This document shows positions 24,601 to 39,600 of a stretch of 64,000 bases of DNA, in pieces. The translations under genes and the position numbers were made by a program. The stretch comes from Eledone cirrhosa (taxonomy: Eukaryota). How positions within the stretch are numbered: the first letter of the stretch is position 1; each line of letters starts with the position of its first letter. The stretch covers positions 1 through 64,000 of the forward strand of contig OZ024760.1 of the NCBI GenBank assembly GCA_964016885.1. The letters run 5' to 3'. The notes beneath the pieces were generated by a model that searched no databases, was not told the DNA's origin, and worked only from the letters and a program-made list of their open reading frames with translations.

Positions 24601-27600
24601 AAGATGCAGGCCCTTAGCCTGCTGAGTACTTGGTAGAGCACAAGATGCAGGCCCTCAGCCTGTCTGAGTACTTGGTAGAGCACAAGATGCAGGCCCTCAG
24701 CCTGTCTGATTAGTTGGTAGAGCACAAGATGCAGACCCTCAGCCTGTCTGATTACTTGGTAGAGCACAAGATGCAGACCCTCAGCCTGTGTGAGTACTTG
24801 GTAGAGCACAAGATGCAGGCCCTCAGCCTGTCTGATTACTTGGTAGAGCACAAGATGCAGGCCCCCAGCCTGTCTGAGTACTTGGTAGAGCACAAGATGC
24901 AGGCCCTCAGCCTGTGTGAGTACTTGGTAGAGCACAAGATGCAGGCCCTTAGCCTGTCTGAGTACTTGGTAGAGCACAAGATGCAGGCCCTTAGCCTGTC
25001 TGAGTACTTGGTAGAGCACAAGATGCAGGCCCTTAGCCTGCTGAGTACTTGGTAGAGCACAAGATGCATGCCCTCAGCCTGTCTGAGTACTTGGTAGAGC
25101 ACAAGATGCAGACCCTCATCCTGTCTAAGTACTTGGTAGAGCACAAGATGCAGACCCTCAGCCTGTCTGAGTACTTGGTAGAGCACAAGATGCAGGCACT
25201 CAGCCTGTCTGAGTACTTGGTAGAGCACAAGATGCAGGCCCTCAGCCTGTCTGAGTACTTGGTAGAGCACAAGATGCAAGCCCCAGCCTGTCTGATTACT
25301 TGGTAGAGCACAAGATGCAGGCCCTCAGCCTGTCTGAGTACTTGGTATAGCACAAGATGCAGGCCCTCAGCCTGTCTGAGTACTTGGTAGAGCACAAGAT
25401 GCAGGCCCTCAGCCTGTCTGATTACTTGGTAGAGCACACGATGCAGGCCCTTAGCCTGCTGAGTACTTGGTAGAGCACAAGATGCAGGCCCTCAGCCTGC
25501 TGAATACTTGGTAGAGCACAAGATGCAGGCCCTCAGCCTGTCTGAGTACTTGGTAGAGCACAAGATGCAGGCCCTCAGCCTGTCTGAGTACTTGGTAGAG
25601 CACAAGATGCAGGCCCTCAGCCTGTCTGAGTACTTGGTATAGCACAAGATGCAATCCCCAGCCTGTCTAAGTACTTGGTAGAGCACAAGATGCAGGCCCT
25701 CAGCCTGCTGAGTACTTGGTAGAGCACAAGATGCAGGCCCTCAGCCTGTCTGAGTACTTGGTAGAGCACAAGATGCAGGCCCTCAGCCTGCTGAGTACTT
25801 GGTAGAGCACAAGATGCAGGCCCTCGGCCTGTCTGAGTACTTGGTAGAGCACAAGATGCAGGCCCTCAGCGTATGAGTACTTGGTAGAGCACAAGATGCA
25901 GGCCCTCAGCCTGTCTAACTACTTGGTAGAGCACAAGATGCAGGCCCTCAGCCTGTCTGAGTACTTGGTAGAGCACAAGATGCAGGCCCTTAGCCTGCTG
26001 AGTACTTGGTAGATCACAAGATGCAGGCCCTTAGCCTGCTGAGTACTTGGTAGAGCACAAGATGCAGGCCCTCAGCCTGTCTGAGTACTTGGTAGAGCAC
26101 AAGATGCAGGCCCTCAGCCTGTCTGATTACTTGGTAGAGCACAAGATGCAGACCCTCAGCCTGTCTGATTACTTGGTAGAGCACAAGATGCAGACCCTCA
26201 CCCTGTCTGAGTACTTGGTAGAGCACAAGATGCAGGCCCTCAGCCTGTCTGATTACTTGGTAGAGCACAAGATGCAGACCCTCAGCCTGTCTGAGTACTT
26301 GGTAGAGCACAAGATGCAGGCCCTCAGCCTGTCTGAGTACTTGGTAGAGCACAAGATGCAGGACCTCAGCCTGTCTGAGTACTTGGTAGAGCACAAGATG
26401 CAGGCCCTCAGCCTGTCTGAGTACTTGGTATAGCACAAGATGCAAGCCCTTATCCTGCTGAATACTTGGTAGAGAACAAGATGTAGGCCCTCAGCCTGTC
26501 TGAGTACTTGGTAGAGCACAAGATACAGGCCCTCAGCCTGTCTGATTACTTGGTAGAGCACAAGATGCAGGCCCTCAGCCTGTCTGATTACTTGGTAGAG
26601 CACAAGATGCAGACCCTCAGCCTGTCTGATTACTTGGTAGAGCACAAGATGCAGACCCTCACCCTGTCTGAGTACTTGGTAGAGCACAAGATGCAGGCCC
26701 TCAGCCTGTCTGATTACTTGGTAGAGTACAAGTTGCAGGCCCTCAGCGTATGTGTACTTGGTAGAGCACAAGATGCAGGCCCTCAGCCTGTCTAACTACT
26801 TGGTAGAGCACAAGATGCAGGCCCTCAGCCTGTCTGAGTACTTGGTAGAGCACAAGATGCAGGCCCTTAGCCTGCTGAGTACTTGGTAGATCACAAGTTG
26901 CAGGCCCTTAGCCTGCTGAGTACTTGGTAGAGCCAACGATGCAGGCCCTCAGCCTGTCTGAGTACTTGGTAGAGCACAAGATGCAGGCCCTCAGCCTGTC
27001 TGATTACTTGGTAGAGCACAAGATGCAGACCCTCAGCCTGTCTGATTACTTGGTAGAGCACAAGATGCAGACCCTCACCCTGTCTGAGTACTTGGTAGAG
27101 CACAAGATGCAGGCCCTCAGCCTGTCTGATTACTTGGTAGAGCACAAGATGCAGACCCTCAGCCTGTCTGATTACTTGGTAGAGCACAAGATGCAGACCC
27201 TCAGCCTGTCTGATTACTTGGTAGAGCACAAGATGCAGGCCCTCAGCCTGTCTGAGTACTTGGTAGAGCACAAGATGCAGGCCCTCAGCCTGTCTGAGTA
27301 CTTGGTAGAGCACAAGATGCAGGCCCTCAGCCTGTCTGAGTACTTGGTATAGCACAAGATGCAAGCCCTTATCCTGCTGAGTACTTGGTAGAGCACAAGA
27401 TGCAGGCCCTTAGCCTGCTGAGTACTTGGTAGAGCACAAGATGCAGGCCCTTAGCCTGCTGAGTACTTGGTAGAGCACAAGATGCAGGCCCTCAGCCTGT
27501 CTGAGTACTTGGTAGAGCACAAGATGCAGGCCCTCAGCCTGTCTGATTAGTTGGTAGAGCACAAGATGCAGACCCTCAGCCTGTCTGAGTACTTGGTAGA

Positions 27601-30600
27601 GCACAAGATGAAGGCTCTCAGCCTGTCTGAGTACTTGGTAGAGCACAAGATGCAGGCCCTTAGCCTGCTGAGTACTTGGTAGAGCACAAGATGCAGGCCC
27701 TCAGCCTGTCTGAGTACTTGGTAGAGCACAAGATGCAGGCCCTTAGCCTGCTGAGTACTTGGTAGAGCACAAGATGCAGGCCCTTAGCCTGCTGAGTACT
27801 TGGTAGAGCACAAGATGCAGGCCCTCAGCCTGTCTGAGTACTTGGTAGAGCACAAGATGCAGGCCCTCAGCCTGTCTGATTAGTTGGTAGAGCACAAGAT
27901 GCAGACCCTCAGCCTGTCTGATTACTTGGTAGAGCACAAGATGCAGACCCTCAGCCTGTGTGAGTACTTGGTAGAGCACAAGATGCAGGCCCTCAGCCTG
28001 TCTGATTACTTGGTAGAGCACAAGATGCAGGCCCCCAGCCTGTCTGAGTACTTGGTAGAGCACAAGATGCAGGCCCTCAGCCTGTGTGAGTACTTGGTAG
28101 AGCACAAGATGCAGGCCCTTAGCCTGTCTGAGTACTTGGTAGAGCACAAGATGCAGGCCCTTAGCCTGTCTGAGTACTTGGTAGAGCACAAGATGCAGGC
28201 CCTTAGCCTGCTGAGTACTTGGTAGAGCACAAGATGCATGCCCTCAGCCTGTCTGAGTACTTGGTAGAGCACAAGATGCAGACCCTCATCCTGTCTAAGT
28301 ACTTGGTAGAGCACAAGATGCAGACCCTCAGCCTGTCTGAGTACTTGGTAGAGCACAAGATGCAGGCCCTCAGCCTGTCTGAGTACTTGGTAGAGCACAA
28401 GATGCAGGCCCTCAGCCTGTCTGAGTACTTGGTAGAGCACAAGATGCAAGCCCCAGCCTGTCTGATTACTTGGTAGAGCACAAGATGCAGGCCCTCAGCC
28501 TGTCTGAGTACTTGGTATAGCACAAGATGCAGGCCCTCAGCCTGTCTGAGTACTTGGTAGAGCACAAGATGCAGGCCCTCAGCCTGTCTGATTACTTGGT
28601 AGAGCACACGATGCAGGCCCTTAGCCTGCTGTGTACTTGGTAGAGCACAAGATGCAGGCCCTCAGCCTGCTGAATACTTGGTAGAGCACAAGATGCAGGC
28701 CCTCAGCCTGTCTGAGTACTTGGTAGAGCACAAGATGCAGGCCCTCAGCCTGTCTGAGTACTTGGTAGAGCACAAGATGCAGGCCCTCAGCCTGTCTGAG
28801 TACTTGGTATAGCACAAGATGCAATCCCCAGCCTGTCTAAGTACTTGGTAGAGCACAAGATGCAGGCCCTCAGCCTGCTGAGTACTTGGTAGAGCACAAG
28901 ATGCAGGCCCTCAGCCTGTCTGAGTACTTGGTAGAGCACAAGATGCAGGCCCTCAGCCTGCTGAGTACTTGGTAGAGCACAAGATGCAGGCCCTCGGCCT
29001 GTCTGAGTACTTGGTAGAGCACAAGATGCAGGCCCTCAGCGTATGAGTACTTGGTAGAGCACAAGATGCAGGCCCTCAGCCTGTCTAACTACTTGGTAGA
29101 GCACAAGATGCAGGCCCTCAGCCTGTCTGAGTACTTGGTAGAGCACAAGATGCAGGCCCTTAGCCTGCTGAGTACTTGGTAGATCACAAGATGCAGGCCC
29201 TTAGCCTGCTGAGTACTTGGTAGAGCACAAGATGCAGGCCCTCAGCCTGTCTGAGTACTTGGTAGAGCACAAGATGCAGGCCCTCAGCCTGTCTGATTAC
29301 TTGGTAGAGCACAAGATGCAGACCCTCAGCCTGTCTGATTACTTGGTAGAGCACAAGATGCAGACCCTCACCCTGTCTGAGTACTTGGTAGAGCACAAGA
29401 TGCAGGCCCTCAGCCTGTCTGATTACTTGGTAGAGCACAAGATGCAGACCCTCAGCCTGTCTGAGTACTTGGTAGAGCACAAGATGCAGGCCCTCAGCCT
29501 GTCTGAGTACTTGGTAGAGCACAAGATGCAGGCCCTCAGCCTGTCTGAGTACTTGGTAGAGCACAAGATGCAGGCCCTCAGCCTGTCTGAGTACTTGGTA
29601 TAGCACAAGATGCAAGCCCTTATCCTGCTGAATACTTGGTAGAGAACAAGATGTAGGCCCTCAGCCTGTCTGAGTACTTGGTAGAGCACAAGATACAGGC
29701 CCTCAGTCTGCTGAGTACTTGGTAGAGCACAAGATGCAGGCCCTCAGCCTGTCTGAGTACTTGGTAGAGCACAAGATACAGACCCTCAGCCTGCTGAGTA
29801 CTTGGTAGAGAACAAGATGCAGGCCCTCAGCCTGTCTGATTACTTGGTAGAGCACACGATGCAGGCCCTTAGCCTGCTGAGTACTTGGTAGAGCACAAGA
29901 TGCAGGCCCTCAGCCTGCTGAATACTTGGTAGAGCACAAGATGCAGGCCCTCAGCCTGTCTGAGTACTTGGTAGAGCACAAGATGCAGGCACTCAGCCTG
30001 TCTGAGTACTTGGTAGAGCACAAGATGCAGGCCCTCAGCCTGTCTGAGTACTTGGTATAGCACAAGATGCAATTCCCAGCCTGTCTAAGTACTTGGTAGA
30101 GCACAAGATGCAGGCCCTCAGCCTGCTGAGTACTTGGTAGAGCACAAGATGCAGGCCCTCAGCCTGTCTGAGTACTTGGTAGAGCACAAGATGCAGGCCC
30201 TCAGCCTGCTGAGTACTTGGTAGAGAACAAGATGCAGGCCCTCAGCCTGTCTGATTACTTGGTAGAGCACACGATGCAGGCCCTTAGCCTGCTGAGTACT
30301 TGGTAGAGCACAAGATGCAGGCCCTCAGCCTGCTGAATACTTGGTAGAGCACAAGATGCAGGCCCTCAGCCTGTCTGAGTACTTGGTAGAGCACAAGATG
30401 CAGGCCCTCAGCCTGTCTGAGTACTTGGTAGAGCACAAGATGCAGGCCCTCAGCCTGTCTGAGTACTTGGTATAGCACAAGATGCAATCCCCAGCCTGTC
30501 TAAGTACTTGGTAGAGCACAAGATGCAGGCCCTCAGCCTGCTGAGTACTTGGTAGAGCACAAGATGCAGGCCCTCAGCCTGTCTGAGTACTTGGTAGAGC

Positions 30601-33600
30601 ACAAGATGCAGGCCCTCAGCCTGCTGAGTACTTGGTAGAGCACAAGATGCAGGCCCTCGGCCTGTCTGAGTACTTGGTAGAGCACAAGATGCAGGCCCTC
30701 AGCGTATGAGTACTTGGTAGAGCACAAGATGCAGGCCCTCAGCCTGTCTAACTACTTGGTAGAGCACAAGATGCAGGCCCTCAGCCTGTCTGAGTACTTG
30801 GTAGAGCACAAGATGCAGGCCCTTAGCCTGCTGAGTACTTGGTAGATCACAAGTTGCAGGCCCTTAGCCTGCTGAGTACTTGGTAGAGCACACGATGCAG
30901 GCCCTCAGCCTGTCTGAGTACTTGGTAGAGCACAAGATGCAGGCCCTCAGCCTGTCTGATTACTTGGTAGAGCACAAGATGCAGACCCTCAGCCTGTCTG
31001 ATTACTTGGTAGAGCACAAGATGCAGACCCTCACCCTGTCTGAGTACTTGGTAGAGCACAAGATGCAGGCCCTCAGCCTGTCTGATTACTTGGTAGAGCA
31101 CAAGATGCAGACCCTCAGCCTGTCTGATTACTTGGTAGAGCACAAGATGCAGACCCTCAGCCTGTCTGAGTACTTGGTAGAGCACAAGATGCAGGCCCTC
31201 AGCCTGTCTGAGTACTTGGTAGAGCACAAGATGCAGGCCCTCAGCCTGTCTGAGTACTTGGTAGAGCACAAGATGCAGGCCCTCAGCCTGTCTGAGTACT
31301 TGGTATAGCACAAGATGCAAGCCCTTATCCTGCTGAGTACTTGGTAGAGAACAAGATGTAGGCCCTCAGCCTGTCTGAGTACTTGGTAGAGCACAAGATG
31401 CAGGCCCTCAGTCTGCTGAGTACTTGGTAGAGCACAAGATGCAGGCCCTCAGCCTGTCTGAGTACTTGGTAGAGCACAAGATACAGACCCTCAGCCTGCT
31501 GAGTACTTGGTAGAGAACAAGATGCAGGCCCTCAGCCTGTCTGATTACTTGGTAGAGCACACGATGCAGGCCCTTAGCCTGCTGAGTACTTGGTAGAGCA
31601 CAAGATGCAGGCCCTCAGCCTGCTGAATACTTGGTAGAGCACAAGATGCAGGCCCTCAGCCTGTCTGAGTACTTGGTAGAGCACAAGATGCAGGCCCTCA
31701 GCCTGTCTGAGTACTTGGTAGAGCACAAGATGCAGGCCCTCAGCCTGTCTGAGTACTTGGTATAGCACAAGATGCAATCCCCAGCCTGTCTAAGTACTTG
31801 GTAGAGCACAAGATGCAGGCCCTCAGCCTGCTGAGTACTTGGTAGAGCACAAGATGCAGGCCCTCAGCCTGTCTGAGTACTTGGTAGAGCACAAGATGCA
31901 GGCCCTCAGCCTGCTGAGTACTTGGTAGAGCACAAGATGCAGGCCCTTAGCCTGCTGAGTACTTGGTAGATCACAAGTTGCAGGCCCTTAGCCTGCTGAG
32001 TACTTGGTAGAGCACAAGATGCAGGCCCTCAGCCTGTCTGAGTACTTGGTAGAGCACAAGATGCAGGCCCTCAGCCTGTCTGATTACTTGGTAGAGCACA
32101 AGATGCAGACCCTCAGCCTGTCTGATTACTTGGTAGAGCACAAGATGCAGACCCTCACCCTGTCTGAGTACTTGGTAGAGCACAAGATGCAGGCCCTCAG
32201 CCTGTCTGAGTACTTGGTATAGCACAAGATGCAATTCCCAGCCTGTCTAAGTACTTGGTAGAGCACAAGATGCAGGCCCTCAGCCTGCTGAGTTATTGGT
32301 AGAGCACAAGATGCAGGCCCTCAGCGTATGAGTACTTGGTAGAGCACAAGATGCAGGCCCTCAGTCTGCTGAGTACTTGGTAGAGCACAAGATGCAGGCC
32401 CTCAGCCTGTCTGAGTACTTGGTAGAGCACAAGATACAGACCCTCAGCCTGCTGAGTACTTGGTAGAGAAGAAGATGCAGGCCCTCAGCCTGTCTGATTA
32501 CTTGGTAGAGCACACGATGCAGGCCCTTAGCCTGCTGAGTACTTGGTAGAGCACAAGATGCAGGCCCTCAGCCTGCTGAATACTTGGTAGAGCACAAGAT
32601 GCAGGCCCTCAGCCTGTCTGAGTACTTGGTAGAGCACAAGATGCAGGCCCTCAGCCTGTCTGAGTACTTGGTAGAGCACAAGATGCAGGCCCTCAGCCTG
32701 TCTGAGTACTTGGTATAGCACAAGATGCAATCCCCAGCCTGTCTAAGTACTTGGTAGAGCACAAGATGCAGGCCCTCAGCCTGCTGAGTACTTGGTAGAG
32801 CACAAGATGCAGGCCCTCAGCCTGTCTGAGTACTTGGTAGAGCACAAGATGCAGGCCCTCAGCCTGCTGAGTACTTGGTAGAGCACAAGATGCAGGCCCT
32901 CGGCCTGTCTGAGTACTTGGTAGAGCACAAGATGCAGGCCCTCAGCGTATGAGTACTTGGTAGAGCACAAGATGCAGGCCCTCAGCCTGTCTAACTACTT
33001 GGTAGAGCACAAGATGCAGGCCCTCGGCCTGTCTGAGTACTTGGTAGAGCACAAGATGCAGGCCCTCAGCGTATGAGTACTTGGTAGAGCACAAGATACA
33101 GACCCTCAGCCTGCTGAGTACTTGGTAGAGAACAAGATGCAGGCCCTCAGCCTGTCTGAGTACTTGGTAGAGCACAAGATGCAGGCCCTCAGCCTGTCTG
33201 ATTACTTGGTAGAGCACAAGATGCAGACCCTCAGCCTGTCTGATTACTTGGTAGAGCACAAGATGCAGACCCTCACCCTGTCTGAGTACTTGGTAGAGCA
33301 CAAGATGCAGGCCCTCAGCCTGTCTGATTACTTGGTAGAGCACAAGATGCAGACCCTCAGCCTGTCTGATTACTTGGTAGAGCACAAGATGCAGACCCTC
33401 AGCCTGTCTGAGTACTTGGTAGAGCACAAGATGCAGGCCCTCAGCCTGTCTGAGTACTTGGTAGAGCACAAGATGCAGGCCCTCAGCCTGTCTGAGTACT
33501 TGGTAGAGCACAAGATGCAGGCCCTCAGCCTGTCTGAGTACTTGGTATAGCACAAGATGCAAGCCCTTATCCTGCTGAGTACTTGGTAGAGAACAAGATG

Positions 33601-36600
33601 TAGGCCCTCAGCCTGTCTGAGTACTTGGTAGAGCACAAGATGCAGGCCCTCAGTCTGCTGAGTACTTGGTAGAGCACAAGATGCAGGCCCTCAGCCTGTC
33701 TGAGTACTTGGTAGAGCACAAGATACAGACCCTCAGCCTGCTGAGTACTTGGTAGAGAACAAGATGCAGGCCCTCAGCCTGTCTGATTACTTGGTAGAGC
33801 ACACGATGCAGGCCCTTAGCCTGCTGAGTACTTGGTAGAGCACAAGATGCAGGCCCTCAGCCTGCTGAATACTTGGTAGAGCACAAGATGCAGGCCCTCA
33901 GCCTGTCTGAGTACTTGGTAGAGCACAAGATGCAGGCCCTCAGCCTGTCTGAGTACTTGGTAGAGCACAAGATGCAGGCCCTCAGCCTGTCTGAGTACTT
34001 GGTATAGCACAAGATGCAATCCCCAGCCTGTCTAAGTACTTGGTAGAGCACAAGATGCAGGCCCTCAGCCTGCTGAGTACTTGGTAGAGCACAAGATGCA
34101 GGCCCTCAGCCTGTCTGAGTACTTGGTAGAGCACAAGATGCAGGCCCTCAGCCTGCTGAGTACTTGGTAGAGCACAAGATGCAGGCCCTTAGCCTGCTGA
34201 GTACTTGGTAGATCACAAGTTGCAGGCCCTTAGCCTGCTGAGTACTTGGTAGAGCACAAGATGCAGGCCCTCAGCCTGTCTGAGTACTTGGTAGAGCACA
34301 AGATGCAGGCCCTCAGCCTGTCTGATTACTTGGTAGAGCACAAGATGCAGACCCTCAGCCTGTCTGATTACTTGGTAGAGCACAAGATGCAGACCCTCAC
34401 CATGTCTGAGTACTTGGTAGAGCACAAGATGCAGGCCCTCAGCCTGTCTGATTACTTGGTAGAGCACAAGATGCAGACCCTCAGCCTGTCTGATTACTTG
34501 GTAGAGCACAAGATGCAGACCCTCAGCCTGTCTGAGTACTTGGTAGAGCACAAGATGCAGGCCCTCAGCCTGTCTGAGTACTTGGTAGAGCACAAGATGC
34601 AGGCCCTCAGCCTGTCTGAGTACTTGGTAGAGCACAAGATGCAGGCCCTCAGCCTGTCTGAGTACTTGGTAGAGCACAAGATGCAGGCCCTCAGCCTGTC
34701 TGAGTACTTGGTAGAGCACAAGATGCAGGCCCTCAGCCTGTCTGAGTACTTGGTATAGCACAAGATGCAATCCCCAGCCTGTCTAAGTACTTGGTAGAGC
34801 ACAAGATGCAGGCCCTCAGCCTGCTGAGTACTTGGTAGAGCACAAGATGCAGGCCCTCAGCCTGTCTGAGTACTTGGTAGAGCACAAGATGCAGGCCCTC
34901 AGCCTGCTGAGTACTTGGTAGAGCACAAGATGCAGGCCCTCGGCCTGTCTGAGTACTTGGTAGAGCACAAGATGCAGGCCCTCAGCGTATGAGTACTTGG
35001 TAGAGCACAAGATGCAGGCCCTCAGCCTGTCTAACTACTTGGTAGAGCACAAGATGCAGGCCCTCAGCCTGTCTGAGTACTTGGTAGAGCACAAGATGCA
35101 GGCCCTTAGCCTGCTGAGTACTTGGTAGATCACAAGATGCAGGCCCTTAGCCTGCTGAGTACTTGGTAGAGCACAAGATGCAGGCCCTCAGCCTGTCTGA
35201 GTACTTGGTAGAGCACAAGATGCAGGCCCTCAGCCTGTCTGATTACTTGGTAGAGCACAAGATGCAGACCCTCAGCCTGTCTGATTACTTGGTAGAGCAC
35301 AAGATGCAGACCCTCACCCTGTCTGAGTACTTGGTAGAGCACAAGATGCAGGCCCTCAGCCTGTCTGATTACTTGGTAGAGCACAAGATGCAGACCCTCA
35401 GCCTGTCTGAGTACTTGGTAGAGCACAAGATGCAGGCCCTCAGCCTGTCTGAGTACTTGGTAGAGCACAAGATGCAGGCCCTCAGCCTGTCTGAGTACTT
35501 GGTAGAGCACAAGATGCAGGCCCTCAGCCTGTCTGAGTACTTGGTATAGCACAAGATGCAAGCCCTTATCCTGCTGAATACTTGGTAGAGAACAAGATGT
35601 AGGCCCTCAGCCTGTCTGAGTACTTGGTAGAGCACAAGATACAGGCCCTCAGTCTGCTGAGTACTTGGTAGAGCACAAGATGCAGGCCCTCAGCCTGTCT
35701 GAGTACTTGGTAGAGCACAAGATACAGACCCTCAGCCTGCTGAGTACTTGGTAGAGAACAAGATGCAGGCCCTCAGCCTGTCTGATTACTTGGTAGAGCA
35801 CACGATGCAGGCCCTTAGCCTGCTGAGTACTTGGTAGAGCACAAGATGCAGGCCCTCAGCCTGCTGAATACTTGGTAGAGCACAAGATGCAGGCCCTCAG
35901 CCTGTCTGAGTACTTGGTAGAGCACAAGATGCAGGCACTCAGCCTGTCTGAGTACTTGGTAGAGCACAAGATGCAGGCCCTCAGCCTGTCTGAGTACTTG
36001 GTATAGCACAAGATGCAATTCCCAGCCTGTCTAAGTACTTGGTAGAGCACAAGATGCAGGCCCTCAGCCTGCTGAGTACTTGGTAGAGCACAAGATGCAG
36101 GCCCTCAGCCTGTCTGAGTACTTGGTAGAGCACAAGATGCAGGCCCTCAGCCTGCTGAGTACTTGGTAGAGAACAAGATGCAGGCCCTCAGCCTGTCTGA
36201 TTACTTGGTAGAGCACACGATGCAGGCCCTTAGCCTGCTGAGTACTTGGTAGAGCACAAGATGCAGGCCCTCAGCCTGCTGAATACTTGGTAGAGCACAA
36301 GATGCAGGCCCTCAGCCTGTCTGAGTACTTGGTAGAGCACAAGATGCAGGCCCTCAGCCTGTCTGAGTACTTGGTAGAGCACAAGATGCAGGCCCTCAGC
36401 CTGTCTGAGTACTTGGTATAGCACAAGATGCAATCCCCAGCCTGTCTAAGTACTTGGTAGAGCACAAGATGCAGGCCCTCAGCCTGCTGAGTACTTGGTA
36501 GAGCACAAGATGCAGGCCCTCAGCCTGTCTGAGTACTTGGTAGAGCACAAGATGCAGGCCCTCAGCCTGCTGAGTACTTGGTAGAGCACAAGATGCAGGC

Positions 36601-39600
36601 CCTCGGCCTGTCTGAGTACTTGGTAGAGCACAAGATGCAGGCCCTCAGCGTATGAGTACTTGGTAGAGCACAAGATGCAGGCCCTCAGCCTGTCTAACTA
36701 CTTGGTAGAGCACAAGATGCAGGCCCTCAGCCTGTCTGAGTACTTGGTAGAGCACAAGATGCAGGCCCTTAGCCTGCTGAGTACTTGGTAGATCACAAGT
36801 TGCAGGCCCTTAGCCTGCTGAGTACTTGGTAGAGCACACGATGCAGGCCCTCAGCCTGTCTGAGTACTTGGTAGAGCACAAGATGCAGGCCCTCAGCCTG
36901 TCTGATTACTTGGTAGAGCACAAGATGCAGACCCTCAGCCTGTCTGATTACTTGGTAGAGCACAAGATGCAGACCCTCACCCTGTCTGAGTACTTGGTAG
37001 AGCACAAGATGCAGGCCCTCAGCCTGTCTGATTACTTGGTAGAGCACAAGATGCAGACCCTCAGCCTGTCTGATTACTTGGTAGAGCACAAGATGCAGAC
37101 CCTCAGCCTGTCTGAGTACTTGGTAGAGCACAAGATGCAGGCCCTCAGCCTGTCTGAGTACTTGGTAGAGCACAAGATGCAGGCCCTCAGCCTGTCTGAG
37201 TACTTGGTAGAGCACAAGATGCAGGCCCTCAGCCTGTCTGAGTACTTGGTATAGCACAAGATGCAAGCCCTTATCCTGCTGAGTACTTGGTAGAGAACAA
37301 GATGTAGGCCCTCAGCCTGTCTGAGTACTTGGTAGAGCACAAGATGCAGGCCCTCAGTCTGCTGAGTACTTGGTAGAGCACAAGATGCAGGCCCTCAGCC
37401 TGTCTGAGTACTTGGTAGAGCACAAGATACAGACCCTCAGCCTGCTGAGTACTTGGTAGAGAACAAGATGCAGGCCCTCAGCCTGTCTGATTACTTGGTA
37501 GAGCACACGATGCAGGCCCTTAGCCTGCTGAGTACTTGGTAGAGCACAAGATGCAGGCCCTCAGCCTGCTGAATACTTGGTAGAGCACAAGATGCAGGCC
37601 CTCAGCCTGTCTGAGTACTTGGTAGAGCACAAGATGCAGGCCCTCAGCCTGTCTGAGTACTTGGTAGAGCACAAGATGCAGGCCCTCAGCCTGTCTGAGT
37701 ACTTGGTATAGCACAAGATGCAATCCCCAGCCTGTCTAAGTACTTGGTAGAGCACAAGATGCAGGCCCTCAGCCTGCTGAGTACTTGGTAGAGCACAAGA
37801 TGCAGGCCCTCAGCCTGTCTGAGTACTTGGTAGAGCACAAGATGCAGGCCCTCAGCCTGCTGAGTACTTGGTAGAGCACAAGATGCAGGCCCTTAGCCTG
37901 CTGAGTACTTGGTAGATCACAAGTTGCAGGCCCTTAGCCTGCTGAGTACTTGGTAGAGCACAAGATGCAGGCCCTCAGCCTGTCTGAGTACTTGGTAGAG
38001 CACAAGATGCAGGCCCTCAGCCTGTCTGATTACTTGGTAGAGCACAAGATGCAGACCCTCAGCCTGTCTGATTACTTGGTAGAGCACAAGATGCAGACCC
38101 TCACCCTGTCTGAGTACTTGGTAGAGCACAAGATGCAGGCCCTCAGCCTGTCTGAGTACTTGGTATAGCACAAGATGCAATTCCCAGCCTGTCTAAGTAC
38201 TTGGTAGAGCACAAGATGCAGGCCCTCAGCCTGCTGAGTTATTGGTAGAGCACAAGATGCAGGCCCTCAGCGTATGAGTACTTGGTAGAGCACAAGATGC
38301 AGGCCCTCAGTCTGCTGAGTACTTGGTAGAGCACAAGATGCAGGCCCTCAGCCTGTCTGAGTACTTGGTAGAGCACAAGATACAGACCCTCAGCCTGCTG
38401 AGTACTTGGTAGAGAAGAAGATGCAGGCCCTCAGCCTGTCTGATTACTTGGTAGAGCACACGATGCAGGCCCTTAGCCTGCTGAGTACTTGGTAGAGCAC
38501 AAGATGCAGGCCCTCAGCCTGCTGAATACTTGGTAGAGCACAAGATGCAGGCCCTCAGCCTGTCTGAGTACTTGGTAGAGCACAAGATGCAGGCCCTCAG
38601 CCTGTCTGAGTACTTGGTAGAGCACAAGATGCAGGCCCTCAGCCTGTCTGAGTACTTGGTATAGCACAAGATGCAATCCCCAGCCTGTCTAAGTACTTGG
38701 TAGAGCACAAGATGCAGGCCCTCAGCCTGCTGAGTACTTGGTAGAGCACAAGATGCAGGCCCTCAGCCTGTCTGAGTACTTGGTAGAGCACAAGATGCAG
38801 GCCCTCAGCCTGCTGAGTACTTGGTAGAGCACAAGATGCAGGCCCTCGGCCTGTCTGAGTACTTGGTAGAGCACAAGATGCAGGCCCTCAGCGTATGAGT
38901 ACTTGGTAGAGCACAAGATGCAGGCCCTCAGCCTGTCTAACTACTTGGTAGAGCACAAGATGCAGGCCCTCGGCCTGTCTGAGTACTTGGTAGAGCACAA
39001 GATGCAGGCCCTCAGCGTATGAGTACTTGGTAGAGCACAAGATACAGACCCTCAGCCTGCTGAGTACTTGGTAGAGAACAAGATGCAGGCCCTCAGCCTG
39101 TCTGAGTACTTGGTAGAGCACAAGATGCAGGCCCTCAGCCTGTCTGATTACTTGGTAGAGCACAAGATGCAGACCCTCAGCCTGTCTGATTACTTGGTAG
39201 AGCACAAGATGCAGACCCTCACCCTGTCTGAGTACTTGGTAGAGCACAAGATGCAGGCCCTCAGCCTGTCTGATTACTTGGTAGAGCACAAGATGCAGAC
39301 CCTCAGCCTGTCTGATTACTTGGTAGAGCACAAGATGCAGACCCTCAGCCTGTCTGAGTACTTGGTAGAGCACAAGATGCAGGCCCTCAGCCTGTCTGAG
39401 TACTTGGTAGAGCACAAGATGCAGGCCCTCAGCCTGTCTGAGTACTTGGTAGAGCACAAGATGCAGGCCCTCAGCCTGTCTGAGTACTTGGTATAGCACA
39501 AGATGCAAGCCCTTATCCTGCTGAGTACTTGGTAGAGAACAAGATGTAGGCCCTCAGCCTGTCTGAGTACTTGGTAGAGCACAAGATGCAGGCCCTCAGT